From positions 15,363-79,362 of the IMG/VR virus record IMGVR_UViG_3300047554_000685: DNA of 64,000 nt. One strand, given 5' to 3'. Positions 9,821 through 19,547 of this stretch are shown here, piece after piece. The notes beneath the pieces are model-generated. The model was not told where the DNA came from, did no database searches, and saw only the letters and a list, made by a program, of their open reading frames with translations. Positions within the stretch are counted from its first letter, which is position 1; every line of letters starts with the position of its first letter. Source of the stretch: a virus. Made by a program: the position numbers and the translations under genes.

Positions 9821-11577
9821 GGTGTAGGTACCTCAGGTTCTTCTTCTGGAGCTGCCGATGTAGGTGGTGCCTCTGGAGCGGGGGTTTCGGCTGAAGGCTC
9901 TGGAGCTGGACTGCCCGGGCCTCCATCAAGAATGTTTTCAATCTCTGGTGTCATCGGGGCAACAGAGCTTGCTTGATGGGCTGCGTTAATAATATCTTTA
10001 AGCTCTGGTGCGACTGCCTCGAGCATCGACTGAGTCAGTTCTGGGGTGATCATACCCTTCTCAACAACTAGACGTAGCGCAAGCTCTTCTGGGCTTGGTG
10101 CGTCTGCATCGGAGAAGCCGTGAGCACGACGCCAAGTGTTGAAGGATACAGCCATCTTTTCAAAACCAGAGTCAGCATCAGCTGCACGGTCATTACGAGT
10201 AGCAACCTGGCTCGGGTCATACCAAACCTGAATACGATCTACTTCATCTTTGTCGTAGCCGTTGGCAATTAGGTATGGACGTAGGTAAACAACAGTCAAG
10301 GCATCGGCAATAAGAAGCATCAGAGGCTCGATGTGCGCCTTGTAGAGGGCTTCATCAATCTGTAGCGCGTTAGAGTACTTAACGTTAGCTAGGCCTGTCA
10401 CAACGTCTTTAGGGACGTCTAGACCCTGCATAATGCGTTCCAGCACACGGTCAGCTCGAGAAACTAGCGATGCGTCGAAAGAACGCTCAAACTTGAACTG
10501 CTTGATCTTGTCGCCAAGTTCTGCTGGACCACGGATGATCAAAGGAACAACGGCACTCGCAGAGTCCTCGTCCTTAATCGGAGTGGTCATTGCATCTATT
10601 AGCTGATCTTCGAAGTCGTCAGCGGCTTCTTCGGTATTGTAAAGCTCGTTGTATTCGCCATCTTCATCGTATGGGTAGTCAGGATCTGGGCTAGCTGCAA
10701 CAGACAAACCATCAGGCAGGTACAAAGCACCAGCGTTGAGGCGAGAACGGGCCGTAGCGCGGAAAGTGCGGTTGAGTAGCAATAGTTCTGCACATAGATC
10801 CAAAAGTCCGCGTAGCGAGCTGTCAGACTCCATCGAGTAACGTGGGTGTGCTTTCCAGATACGTCCGATGAATGCATCGGAAGGTAACCTAATTGCATTC
10901 TTACCCGCTTGACCTGAAGAAGAGCCGCTAGCATCACGAATCGGATTGATTGTGTAGTTTCCACGAGAGTCAAGCTGTAGTTCATCTACAGAACGAATGT
11001 CCCATGATTCTGGGATCTGCGAACCGATGCGCTCTGGTACCTGAACTAGATAACATTCGCCGGTAACTTGAAGATTTAGTGCTGCATCTTTTAGAAGACC
11101 AGCTTGGCCTCCATACGCTGAGTCAAGACGAGCAAGTGCACGCTGGGCAGCTGATGCTAGTTGAGGATCAACAATTTTTGATAGGTCTACAGGTATTGGA
11201 GATTCTGAAGGGTCGTCTACAGCAGCAGCATAAAGGCGGATACGCGATACGACAGACGCCACAAGGTTAAACGCATATTTAACTTCACCAATTGCATCGT
11301 AATACTCCCATGCTTCGGCTTGCCATGCAGTCGCGGCTGACTGACGACGATTTTTAAACATCTCCGCTTCAGTTTTGTCTCCGATTCGAATCTGAGCAGC
11401 GGCAGCGGTCAGTGGGCGAGGAGTGTTGTAAGCTGCAGGCTCTGCATAGACAACACCAAACGAGTCTACAGAGATGCCTGGTGCAATAGGTGTCGCAGTT
11501 CGGGGAGTAGATGCTCGCAAACCGGCGGCCAATGCCCTACCACGAGCATTTTTGTTGTTCTTTTTAAAAATTCCCAA
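9817..11577 (-). CDS. Portal protein
   Basis: 586 aa, two genes downstream of TerL; WQAEAWEYYDAIGEVKYAFN...SRIRLY and LNLQVTGECYL resemble actinophage portals. Confidence 0.8.
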   Translation of the reverse strand: MGIFKKNNKNARGRALAAGLRASTPRTATPIAPGISVDSFGVVYAEPAAYNTPRPLTAAAAQIRIGDKTEAEMFKNRRQSAATAWQAEAWEYYDAIGEVKYAFNLVASVVSRIRLYAAAVDDPSESPIPVDLSKIVDPQLASAAQRALARLDSAYGGQAGLLKDAALNLQVTGECYLVQVPERIGSQIPESWDIRSVDELQLDSRGNYTINPIRDASGSSSGQAGKNAIRLPSDAFIGRIWKAHPRYSMESDSSLRGLLDLCAELLLLNRTFRATARSRLNAGALYLPDGLSVAASPDPDYPYDEDGEYNELYNTEEAADDFEDQLIDAMTTPIKDEDSASAVVPLIIRGPAELGDKIKQFKFERSFDASLVSRADRVLERIMQGLDVPKDVVTGLANVKYSNALQIDEALYKAHIEPLMLLIADALTVVYLRPYLIANGYDKDEVDRIQVWYDPSQVATRNDRAADADSGFEKMAVSFNTWRRAHGFSDADAPSPEELALRLVVEKGMITPELTQSMLEAVAPELKDIINAAHQASSVAPMTPEIENILDGGPGSPAPEPSAETPAPEAPPTSAAPEEEPEVPTP

Positions 11578-11589
11578 GGGTACTCCCTG

Positions 11590-11877
11590 TTATTCAGCCT
11601 TAGAAGAAATAATACCCACTAATGCAGACGTTGATAAGACTAATGATACCACAAAAACAGCATCTGGCACTAAAATATATGCCACAACAAAGACCAATGA
11701 CACCCAAAAACCAGTACACCAGTTGCAAGTGATCAAATATCCAAGTTTTGTGTCTGGTGGAAACCTTTTCCACACTTTTTCTCGCGCAAACTCGAAGATT
11801 GTATCTGTAGTTATTGCTCGAGTAACTCTATACGCAGCTAAAACTAATAGCAAGTACGAAAACCAGTCAATGCTCAT
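11590..11877 (-). CDS. DUF1360-like membrane protein
   Basis: LAAYRVTRAITTDTIF...GYLITCNWCTGFWVS motif with hydrophobic helices. Confidence 0.75.
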   Translation of the reverse strand: MSIDWFSYLLLVLAAYRVTRAITTDTIFEFAREKVWKRFPPDTKLGYLITCNWCTGFWVSLVFVVAYILVPDAVFVVSLVLSTSALVGIISSKAE

Positions 11878-12239
11878 AGTCCGTCTTTCAGTGCAGTAAT
11901 AGTTTTATAGGCATTCCAACTGCGAAGACGTGATCCGCATCCGCAATTGGTGTCTTTTTGGAATGCTAGCATCTTTCTAGAGGTGGTTACAACCCTGTAA
12001 TCACTTTTTTTGTCTGCAGCAGGCAGTAAAAGGTCGTATTTCTCCTGAAAAATGATTTGAGCACCATTAGGAGAGTCTTGGGCAACAAAAATAGCTTCGT
12101 CAGTAACAACAACACGAGTAGTTGCCCTATAAAATGCATCGGGAGTGGCTGGATTTGATTTTAAAGAGTAAACATCGTCAAAGGTTCCAGCCGGAACCAC
12201 TGCCAAGTGAGCCGGAAATACGTCTAGTAGTATTTTCAT
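11874..12239 (-). CDS. Hypothetical phage protein (CGCG motif)
   Basis: Translationally coupled between TerL and DUF1360 gene; NCGCGSRLRSWN. Confidence 0.7.
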   Translation of the reverse strand: MKILLDVFPAHLAVVPAGTFDDVYSLKSNPATPDAFYRATTRVVVTDEAIFVAQDSPNGAQIIFQEKYDLLLPAADKKSDYRVVTTSRKMLAFQKDTNCGCGSRLRSWNAYKTITALKDGL

Positions 12240-13642
12240 CAGCGCACTCGGAAGATTTTTCCGTTGTTCCCTGGTCTAGTGTTTGGAATTCGACGATCAG
12301 ATAGAGATTTAGCTCGAATCTTACCGCCAGAGAAGCCTGCTGGTGGCTTGATCAGCAGAGCGGTGAGTGCGTGGACGAGTGCATCAACTCGGTCAGGTGA
12401 TTTACCTTCTCCAGGCACCCAAGAGATCATTTGCGATTCCAAGTCCGCCAAATAGCCAACGTGATGGACACGATGTTGCTCATATGCAAGGGTGATAGGC
12501 TCTGCTCGGAGCGCTTTTCCTTGCTTGGAGTGGACTTCGAGGACCTTAATAGTTGGGTCGATGGTGTTAATCGCGTTGCGTACAAGTGCACCGCCTTGAT
12601 TAACTTCCGCAACAACAGGGCAACCCCACTTGCGAGCCATTTTAACAACTTGGTTTGCCCAGACGTCTGGCGATCCGTGAACCGACGCGTCTTCGAGTAC
12701 CCACGCTTGCCTTTTGTAAAGGTCATGCTCAGAAGTCGAAGCACAAACCACAATACCGCACTCATCTCTCGGATTTTCCGCAACAGATGGATCAACTCCA
12801 ATCACTCTTAGTGGCGTAGAGAGTGGGTAATACCCTTCTCGCCCAGCTTCAATCATTTCCTCGGTCCATAGAGCACCCTCCATGGCTTCAAGCATTTCAC
12901 CGTAGAGTTCCTGACGAGCAAGGGATGTTCCCTCATAAACACCAAGCATGGTGTCAAGATACGCACCAGAAAGGTTACCCGCATTGTCCATTGTTGAACC
13001 TCGAGTGATCTTTACGATCTCACCTTTCATGGACTCTTCGATAAGTTTGTAAAGAAGCGGTGTTCGCTTCGGGGTAGTAGTAACTAAAATTTTTGGATTA
13101 GCGCCAAGACGGGTACCAACACGTAAGTTATCAAACGCAGTCATACCTGCGGCATCTGGAGTTTGACGCCAAGCTGCAATCTCATCGCCCCAGGCGTGAG
13201 TGAACTGAGGACCACGGAGTGAGTCAGGCTCATCGGCGGTAAAGAGTGTAGCGGTGTTTCCGTTAGGCCAAGTTAGACGGCGCTTCGAAGGCTCGTAGAG
13301 TGGACGCTCGCTCGGAGGGGTTACGTTCAGGATTCCTGACTCACCTTCAACGATAACGTCACGCACGTCAGCTGCGGTACGTGCAACAAGACCAAAGCGA
13401 CGCTGGCCGGTGTTGGTGTATTTAGCTTCTTCGCGTACCCACTCAGAAGCGAGACGAGTCTTACCGAAACCACGTCCAGCTAAGACAAGCCAGATATTCC
13501 AATCACCCGGTGGAGCCTGCTGTTCTGGGCGACCCCAGACGGACCAGTCCCACATTAGTACTTCGGGATCTAGTCCAGCCAACGCCTCGCGTTGCTCGTC
13601 TGGAGGTAGGAGCGCGATCTGCTCCATTATGCTTTTGCCCAT
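12239..13642 (-). CDS. terL: Terminase large subunit
   Basis: Walker A AGRGFGKT, LRGPQF..AWGDE Walker B, TTTP motif, RNase H-like GVDP and SPDRVDA. Confidence 0.95.
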   Translation of the reverse strand: MGKSIMEQIALLPPDEQREALAGLDPEVLMWDWSVWGRPEQQAPPGDWNIWLVLAGRGFGKTRLASEWVREEAKYTNTGQRRFGLVARTAADVRDVIVEGESGILNVTPPSERPLYEPSKRRLTWPNGNTATLFTADEPDSLRGPQFTHAWGDEIAAWRQTPDAAGMTAFDNLRVGTRLGANPKILVTTTPKRTPLLYKLIEESMKGEIVKITRGSTMDNAGNLSGAYLDTMLGVYEGTSLARQELYGEMLEAMEGALWTEEMIEAGREGYYPLSTPLRVIGVDPSVAENPRDECGIVVCASTSEHDLYKRQAWVLEDASVHGSPDVWANQVVKMARKWGCPVVAEVNQGGALVRNAINTIDPTIKVLEVHSKQGKALRAEPITLAYEQHRVHHVGYLADLESQMISWVPGEGKSPDRVDALVHALTALLIKPPAGFSGGKIRAKSLSDRRIPNTRPGNNGKIFRVR

Positions 13643-13651
13643 GCTATTAGT

Positions 13652-14263
13652 CTAGCTTAGCCAGCGTTTTTCTAGGTCAGCAAAAATATACTGGTTAAAC
13701 CTAAAAGCAAGAACTACCTCGTCAATAAAAATTTTTGTGTCGGCAGTAGAAAGATTTAGACTGTCAAGTCCCTCGCGGTAGGTCTCTTTGTATCGGACCT
13801 TATCATCTATTTCGTCAAACTCATAGAAAGACAGAAAGTTTGGCGGAATCATCAGATTGCGCATAACAAGAGTCGCGATCGCCTGACCACCTGAAAGATC
13901 TCCGAGGTAGCGGGTGTAGTGGTGCGCTAGTAGGCGCGTCCAATCTTTATTTTGAACAAGAAAGCTAATGTGGTCGGCGTATTCCGTGGTGCTTCGGCAG
14001 ATTAGTTTTGATCCACCAAGTGACTCTATGTCGCAAACGATTCGCTCGAAACGGTCAAGCCTGCGGTCAAACATTGGCCACGGATTGCTTTGGTCGTCCC
14101 AAGCCTCTAGAGCACCGTAAATTGGAGCTAATTGGGTTAGGTAGTCTCGGTAAGCATCGGCCCCCACTTCACCGCGCATGAGTGCAATCATAAACGGGCT
14201 ACGTTCGGCAGCTGTGTGAGCCTCTTTAGAGGCCTCTTTAACAAGTTGTGAAAGCATAATCAT
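13652..14263 (-). CDS. Heme oxygenase (biliverdin-producing)
   Basis: Proximal His in HTAAERSPF, HHYTRYLGDLSGGQ signature, EVVLAFRFN. Confidence 0.92.
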   Translation of the reverse strand: MIMLSQLVKEASKEAHTAAERSPFMIALMRGEVGADAYRDYLTQLAPIYGALEAWDDQSNPWPMFDRRLDRFERIVCDIESLGGSKLICRSTTEYADHISFLVQNKDWTRLLAHHYTRYLGDLSGGQAIATLVMRNLMIPPNFLSFYEFDEIDDKVRYKETYREGLDSLNLSTADTKIFIDEVVLAFRFNQYIFADLEKRWLS

Positions 14264-14300
14264 CCTAAGTCGTTGGGATATGATTTTAGCATATCAGCTC

Positions 14301-14594
14301 TTACGTCCACTCAAGCGTCTCTGGTTCGAACTCTAGTTTTGCAAACTTGTATAGGTGTTTGGCAAGAATAAACTTGATCTTTTCTAGGGACTCTTCTGAA
14401 TCAGATACCGCCATTAGTCGGATCATGTTGCTGTCTGGGATAACCATCGCTTCAGCCGCGCCTAAGCCTGGAAAAAGAAGGAAGCCCTCGTAGAGGGCCG
14501 CCTTCTTAGACAAATGAGAGTTAAGCTGCTTAACATACCGTTCAGCGCGTTCAATCTCTAGGTAGTGAAAAACCTTGAAGGCAAACCCGGGCAT
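14301..14594 (-). CDS. DUF2218-like protein
   Basis: AERYVKQLNSHL...HLYKFA...LEW pattern. Confidence 0.65.
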   Translation of the reverse strand: MPGFAFKVFHYLEIERAERYVKQLNSHLSKKAALYEGFLLFPGLGAAEAMVIPDSNMIRLMAVSDSEESLEKIKFILAKHLYKFAKLEFEPETLEWT

Positions 14595-14595
14595 T

Positions 14596-15150
14596 TTACT
14601 TAATGCGATTCTCTGCGGAGATCGGAGTATAAACCTTAGAGGTTGCCGTTACTGGCTTCTTGTAGCCGTAGCGTGCAAGACGGAAGCGTAGGGCTCCGTG
14701 AGTAACGCCGAGACGCTTAGCAAGACGGTAAAGGGTAACGCCTTCTACGGTATGCGCGTGATTTAGTAGGCGCGTGTACTCCTCGGCCTCTTCACGGTAC
14801 TTCTTACCGTTAGAGCGGACCTGCTGTGCGTACGGCTGAAGTTCTAGCAGACGCTCAAGCGTAGCTTCAGAAGGCTCTACGTAAACAGGCTTTGGCTTCT
14901 CTGGCTTTAGCGGTGGCTCTGGAAGTTCTAGGCGGGTGTGAAAGCCTGGAATGCTGGTCTTTGCAATCTGGCGGACGCGCTCACGGGTTAGCCCGGACGC
15001 TCCTGAGATCGCCTCGAGAGTCCAGCCCTTATCACGTAGCTCACGGATCAGCTGGTCTCGGAAGTCGGTTGATACAGAATCAGCAAAGATGTCGTAGATA
15101 ACCTTCGGCAGCTTCTGGTTCTTCTTGATGTATTCGTTCATTTTTGTCAT
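14596..15150 (-). CDS. Double HTH DNA-binding protein (sigma-70 region 4-like)
   Basis: WTLEAISGASGLTRERVRQIA and VTLYRLAKRLGVTHGALRFRL. Confidence 0.8.
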   Translation of the reverse strand: MTKMNEYIKKNQKLPKVIYDIFADSVSTDFRDQLIRELRDKGWTLEAISGASGLTRERVRQIAKTSIPGFHTRLELPEPPLKPEKPKPVYVEPSEATLERLLELQPYAQQVRSNGKKYREEAEEYTRLLNHAHTVEGVTLYRLAKRLGVTHGALRFRLARYGYKKPVTATSKVYTPISAENRIK

Positions 15151-15422
15151 TACTTTCGTGGTCGCTTGATTGCTTTCATTACAACAGGGGTTAAAGTTAT
15201 CACGTAATCCTCGCTGTCAACGTGAGACGTAATTCGTACATCAATAACGTTGATCATTGATTCAATCAGTGAAACAATTCGGTGAATGTCCTCTACAGGT
15301 CCAATCGGGCTAGCAACAATCTCTACCGTGCAATCAAGCATGTCAAATAGCTGGGTTAGATGAATGTTGTCGCGAAACTCTTCGTAACTAGTTGTTTCGA
15401 TTACTATCGGTGCGTCTCGCAA
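15150..15422 (-). CDS. Hypothetical protein
   Basis: Coupled to downstream gene, GGAG RBS upstream. Confidence 0.55.
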   Translation of the reverse strand: MRDAPIVIETTSYEEFRDNIHLTQLFDMLDCTVEIVASPIGPVEDIHRIVSLIESMINVIDVRITSHVDSEDYVITLTPVVMKAIKRPRK

Positions 15423-15569
15423 AGTTCTCTCCGTCTCCTAGGTCATGGATTGATCCGTCATCTTCTACTAATGCCCTATATAGAACACTCGCAGTCCAAA
15501 ACAGAACTGATAGAACAATAACTGTAAAAGTGAGAATTGTCAAAATTACAATCAAAGCGTTAATCATTT

Positions 15570-15785
15570 TTAATCCCTACCGCTGAGAATAGCTAGTGCA
15601 ATAGAGGTAAGAGCCAGCGTGATTGCGACAGCGGTGCCGGCAAGAATGCTTGCGGCGGAGGGGGCGGGGTTCGTAGTAGTAGACGCCACTAATCCAATCG
15701 AAACAGCAAACGCGGAGAAAGCTGCAAGGACTGAGAGCGTAGATGGCCATGAGATCTGGCGAAGGAAAAGAATGAAGCGTGTCAT
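15570..15785 (-). CDS. Small membrane protein
   Basis: Two hydrophobic segments; in operon. Confidence 0.6.
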   Translation of the reverse strand: MTRFILFLRQISWPSTLSVLAAFSAFAVSIGLVASTTTNPAPSAASILAGTAVAITLALTSIALAILSGRD

Positions 15786-15998
15786 TTAATGGACGTCCTT
15801 ATGCGGGTAGACGACGCCTAAGAGCGCCGAAGGTTCGTTGTTGTTCTTGTGCTTACGGTAGAGCTTGTAGAAGTGGAATAGACGCACGAGAAAGTAAATG
15901 CCGACCCCAGCAAAGAAAAGAATTGCAAAAGGGTCGGCACTTACTACCGCTACGGTGTCACTTGTTGGGGTCGTATTTGCCATACAACAAGCATACAC
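15786..15998 (-). CDS. Small membrane protein
   Basis: One TM segment; start uncertain. Confidence 0.5.
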   Translation of the reverse strand: MYACCMANTTPTSDTVAVVSADPFAILFFAGVGIYFLVRLFHFYKLYRKHKNNNEPSALLGVVYPHKDVH

Positions 15999-16006
15999 CT
16001 TATGGT

Positions 16007-16606
16007 TTAGTTGTCAAGCAGATTTCTATACGTAATTTTGGAATAGTTTCCTGCGAATTGCTCAACGGACTCGATACGAGTCACCTCACCCTTACGTGGA
16101 GCATGGATCATCAATCCATCGCCAATATAAATTGCAGTGTGGTACGCAGACTTGTATCCCTTGTAGGTGAATACAACGATGTCACCTGGAGTAGGGGCGT
16201 CTGTTACTTTTCCTGCTTTACCTTGGATTGATGCACGGTGCTCAAGGGTGATTCCTACTTGTTCGTAGGCCCAAAGCACGAGACCAGAACAGTCCCAACC
16301 TTGTGGGGTGGTTCCGGAGAAGACGTACCATGTTTTCCCAACTGTCTTATGCAGCTTGGAGATCATGCCGTCTAGTTTTGTTCGGTTTGCCTCAAGCTGG
16401 CGAGCTTGCTCAGCTTGTTCCTCTAGAAGAGTCTTTTCTACTTGCATAGCAAAGACGGTTTCCATTAGATCCTCCGGTTCGTGCTCAAGGACTGAGACGA
16501 TTCCCGTAGGGGCGTTTGTTACTTGTGCTCCCGGAGGCAGTGTCCCAGCTGTCGTAGCTGTGGCTGCCGTAGTGGATGCAGTCAGTAGAAATGTTAACCA
16601 TTTCAT
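16007..16606 (-). CDS. Secreted NlpC/P60 peptidoglycan endopeptidase
   Basis: Signal peptide; WDCSGLV catalytic Cys, HTAIYIGDGLMIHA; promoter TTGCAA-N17-TAGGCT upstream. Confidence 0.9.
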   Translation of the reverse strand: MKWLTFLLTASTTAATATTAGTLPPGAQVTNAPTGIVSVLEHEPEDLMETVFAMQVEKTLLEEQAEQARQLEANRTKLDGMISKLHKTVGKTWYVFSGTTPQGWDCSGLVLWAYEQVGITLEHRASIQGKAGKVTDAPTPGDIVVFTYKGYKSAYHTAIYIGDGLMIHAPRKGEVTRIESVEQFAGNYSKITYRNLLDN

Positions 16607-16698
16607 TTAGCGCCTACCTTTCCTTTGAGAGTAATTTCTCGGCGTTTATTGTCTTGGTGTTTCATCAATATTCAGTTATAAACGGAGAGCCTATCACG

Positions 16699-16912
16699 TA
16701 GGGGCGTCTATTGCAACTCGAAATATCCAGAGATGCAAAAAAGCACACCCTGAGCTTTTATTGCTCGGATGTGCTCTCCGTAGGATCTATTTTACACCCG
16801 TAGGAGCGTCTATTATTTGGATCGGGGCTTGACTTTTTGCTGAAGTATGGTACCCCTGGACGATTTTTTTGAAAATTTGTGGAGCCCGATTTTATAAATA
16901 GGGGCGTCTATT
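16699..16912 (+). repeat. Three copies of TAGGRGCGTCTATT at about 100 bp spacing
   Basis: Copies at 16699, 16801, 16899; a variant at 16192; related GGCGTCTA at 43784, 43878, 44061. Confidence 0.8.
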
Positions 16913-17540
16913 TGACCGAGGAATTTGCAGAAGGGGGGTACTATGCTATATTGATCGCTAGGTGCTTTTGGCGGGTGAGACGGCAGTTGTTGATCTGAGG
17001 CCGCCCCGAAATTGTTTCCTAAAAGTAGGGGGTATCGGGTCTTCGTTCGATGTATGCCTTTTTCTTTTTATTTTCTAATTTTTTCCTTTTTCCAAACTTG
17101 CTAATCAAAAAAAGACTATGTGCCTATGTCTAAGGGGGGGGGTCAAAAGTCTAAAAACTAGGTCATAACTTCTAATCATTTTTTATGTGTTTTTGTGTGT
17201 CTTTGTGTGTTGTTATGTATACGAAACTTCTTACGAAACTTTGGGGGTCATTCTAAGTTTGCCTAGGGGCTAACAACCTATCAACGAAACCAAGGCTAGG
17301 GGTCTAGGGGGTTAGCCTAATCCTGGCGAGCCAAGGCGAACTTCTGTCAAGTTTCCAAGCTTTCATTTCGATCAAAATTGGTCTTGTGTGTTTGTGAATG
17401 TGTGTCTAGTCAAGACTTGCGCCAACAAAATTAAAAACACTTTCCCGGGCGCATAAACCGCGAGCGCGAATCAACCAACAACTAGCCAACAACCAACTAA
17501 CGGTAACGGCAAGCTGCGAGCAACTTTGACGGCAACGGCA
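16913..17540. other. Low-complexity non-coding region, candidate genome end / terminal-repeat boundary
   Basis: No credible ORF; T-tracts, G9 run, TGTG runs; marks the switch between structural operon and cassette array. Confidence 0.4.
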
Positions 17541-17573
17541 AAAGAAAACCCCCTAGGGGGCTAGGGGGCTTTC
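17541..17573 (-). terminator. Intrinsic terminator (example of the cassette family)
   Basis: GC-rich hairpin CCCCCTAG/CTAGGGGG followed on the minus strand by TTTTCTTTT. Confidence 0.8.
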
Positions 17574-17591
17574 GGTTTACCGCTTTGGGGG

Positions 17592-17825
17592 TTAGCGGTA
17601 AGTCTTTGCTAGGCGGTATCCGTATGCCTTCACCGCGAGCGCGGTAATCACCGCAACCGCGCTAACCGCAAGAATAATCGGGTAAGCAACTTCACCGAAT
17701 CGGCTTAGGTCATTAGCCATTGACAACCCGTAATAATCCGCGCTAACAAAAACGGCAACAGCAATCGCGCCATAAATAACCGCGCTAAGGGTTGCTTGCG
17801 CCTTCTCAAACTTTGTAATGTTCAT
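17592..17825 (-). CDS. Small two-TM membrane protein
   Basis: Own promoter, RBS and terminator. Confidence 0.75.
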   Translation of the reverse strand: MNITKFEKAQATLSAVIYGAIAVAVFVSADYYGLSMANDLSRFGEVAYPIILAVSAVAVITALAVKAYGYRLAKTYR

Positions 17826-17981
17826 TTCATTTCCCTTTCGTTTTGCTAGGCGGTATCACCTAACACTTCTAATTTACCAACCCTAAACCATTTGTCAAGG
17901 GTTTCCGCAAACATTTTTTCGAGCGTGTCGCGGTAAAGAAAAACCCCTAGCCACAATCGGCTAGGGGCTTTCCGTAAGTTG

Positions 17982-18221
17982 TTAGAGACTTGTCTCAAAC
18001 TTTTCTTCGGCAACCAAAACATCGTTTCCGTTTTCATCGCGGTAAGCGAATCCACGAACTACAACGCTAACGCCCGCGCGTGGTGTCGAGTAAAAGTCTA
18101 CAATCGAGCGAAACTTTTCTTCGCCGTAAGTCTCATAGACATAGGTCATTGTCTGGCCATCTTCGTAAGTAACTTCGGCTACGGTTGTTACGATGGTCTT
18201 TGTGGTGTCTACTACTAGCAT
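17982..18221 (-). CDS. Hypothetical protein
   Basis: Own promoter, RBS and terminator. Confidence 0.75.
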   Translation of the reverse strand: MLVVDTTKTIVTTVAEVTYEDGQTMTYVYETYGEEKFRSIVDFYSTPRAGVSVVVRGFAYRDENGNDVLVAEEKFETSL

Positions 18222-18425
18222 TTCATTTCCCTTTCGTTTTCATAAACCTTTTGGCTTATGTAATAAGCATACTGTATCTAAGCAACTTGTCAAGTCAATT
18301 CCAAAACTTTTTTCCTGGCGCGTCGTTTCGATCAAAATTGTTTGCCACCGCGAGCGCGTGTCCACCTAATCACCGCAAAAGAAAACCCCCATCCCTTTCG
18401 GGCTAGGGGCTTTCTCGCTTTCCCT

Positions 18426-18728
18426 TTACTTCGTGGTAAGGGTCAAAACATCGGTGAACTTCACCAAGGCTTCGTATGCTTCTGGGTAAGTTGCTTCGAA
18501 CTCTTCCCAATCGTTTACCGAACGGCGAACACTCTCAACAACTTCGGCGATTACTTCGCCAGTCTTTGGGTCTGCGATTACGGTTGCGGTGTTGCCAGTT
18601 TCTGCCAAGACAACTTTACGAATCGCGCTCTCGCGGTTTGCTAGGTCTGCCTTTGCCTTCTTCACATCAACCAATTCGGCGATTAGTGAAACTAGGTCTA
18701 CTGCTACGGTTGCGGTCTTTGCGGTCAT
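18426..18728 (-). CDS. Hypothetical protein, paralog of 24207-24506; resembles a stand-alone YqaJ C-terminal-like coiled-coil domain
   Basis: Shares RRS.NDW..FEATYPEAYEALVKFTDVLTL with the paralog. Confidence 0.75.
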   Translation of the reverse strand: MTAKTATVAVDLVSLIAELVDVKKAKADLANRESAIRKVVLAETGNTATVIADPKTGEVIAEVVESVRRSVNDWEEFEATYPEAYEALVKFTDVLTLTTK

Positions 18729-19264
18729 TTCATTTCCCTTTCGTTTTTTGTATCTAAGCCTTTTGGCTTATGAAATAAGCATAAGCGGTATTTTTTCTTT
18801 TGTCAAGTCAATTCGAGAAAATTTTTATAACAGGTTTATAACGGTAAATTGGCAGTCAACCCGGCAGACTGCTAACCAACTTCCAACCAAGGCCGCGAGC
18901 GCGAGCTGCTTCTAACCCGGGTCTTTCCGGTTGCGAGCTGCTTCTGGTCCGGCAAACTTTCAACGAATAGCCCGGCTAGGTCCGGCAGGTAGCCCGGCGC
19001 GAGCTGCGCCTTTCCGGTATCAGTCCGGCCGATGAGCTGCCAACTTCCAACCAATTAGCCGCGTCAAGCTGCGAACAAACCCGGCTATTCCGGTGAACAA
19101 CCCGGCTAGGTCCGGCGTATGAGCTGCTAACAAACCCGGCGCGAGCTGCCAAAAACTTCGGTCGATCGACCAACAAGCTGCGAGCAATTTCGATCAAAAT
19201 TAGAAACCGCGAGCGCGTAAAAAAGAAAACCCCCGCTTTCGCGAGGGCTTTCCATTTCTTCGGG

Positions 19265-19435
19265 CTAAAAGTTTTCGTTTACCCATTCGAGCATTTCTTC
19301 GTAGGTTGCGCCGTCAACATACATTTTGGCAAGGTCTTCGTTTTCTGCGAGCAACCAAGCGTCTACGGTTGTTTCTGCCGACAAGCGCATTAGCAAGTGT
19401 CGAACAGTGTTTGCGGTCTTTGCGTCTAGTGCCAT
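19265..19435 (-). CDS. Hypothetical protein (56 aa)
   Basis: Start MALDAK follows GAAAGGGAAA RBS. Confidence 0.7.
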   Translation of the reverse strand: MALDAKTANTVRHLLMRLSAETTVDAWLLAENEDLAKMYVDGATYEEMLEWVNENF

Positions 19436-19547
19436 TTTGTTTCCCTTTCGTCTTTCGGCTTTCTGCCGATAAGTCAAGTATGGCAGACTTCCAACGAAAA
19501 CACAACAACCGCCACATTGGGCGGTTGCGTGTCGCGAGCGTGTCGCG

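Noticed and set aside
16607-16700. c-di-AMP (ydaO) riboswitch upstream of NlpC/P60
   Set aside because: Expected from context, but the conserved ydaO sequence blocks are not present.
18872-19197. ORFs in the GAGCTGC/CCGG spacer
   Set aside because: Low-complexity translation of repeats, lacking the cassette RBS and promoter.
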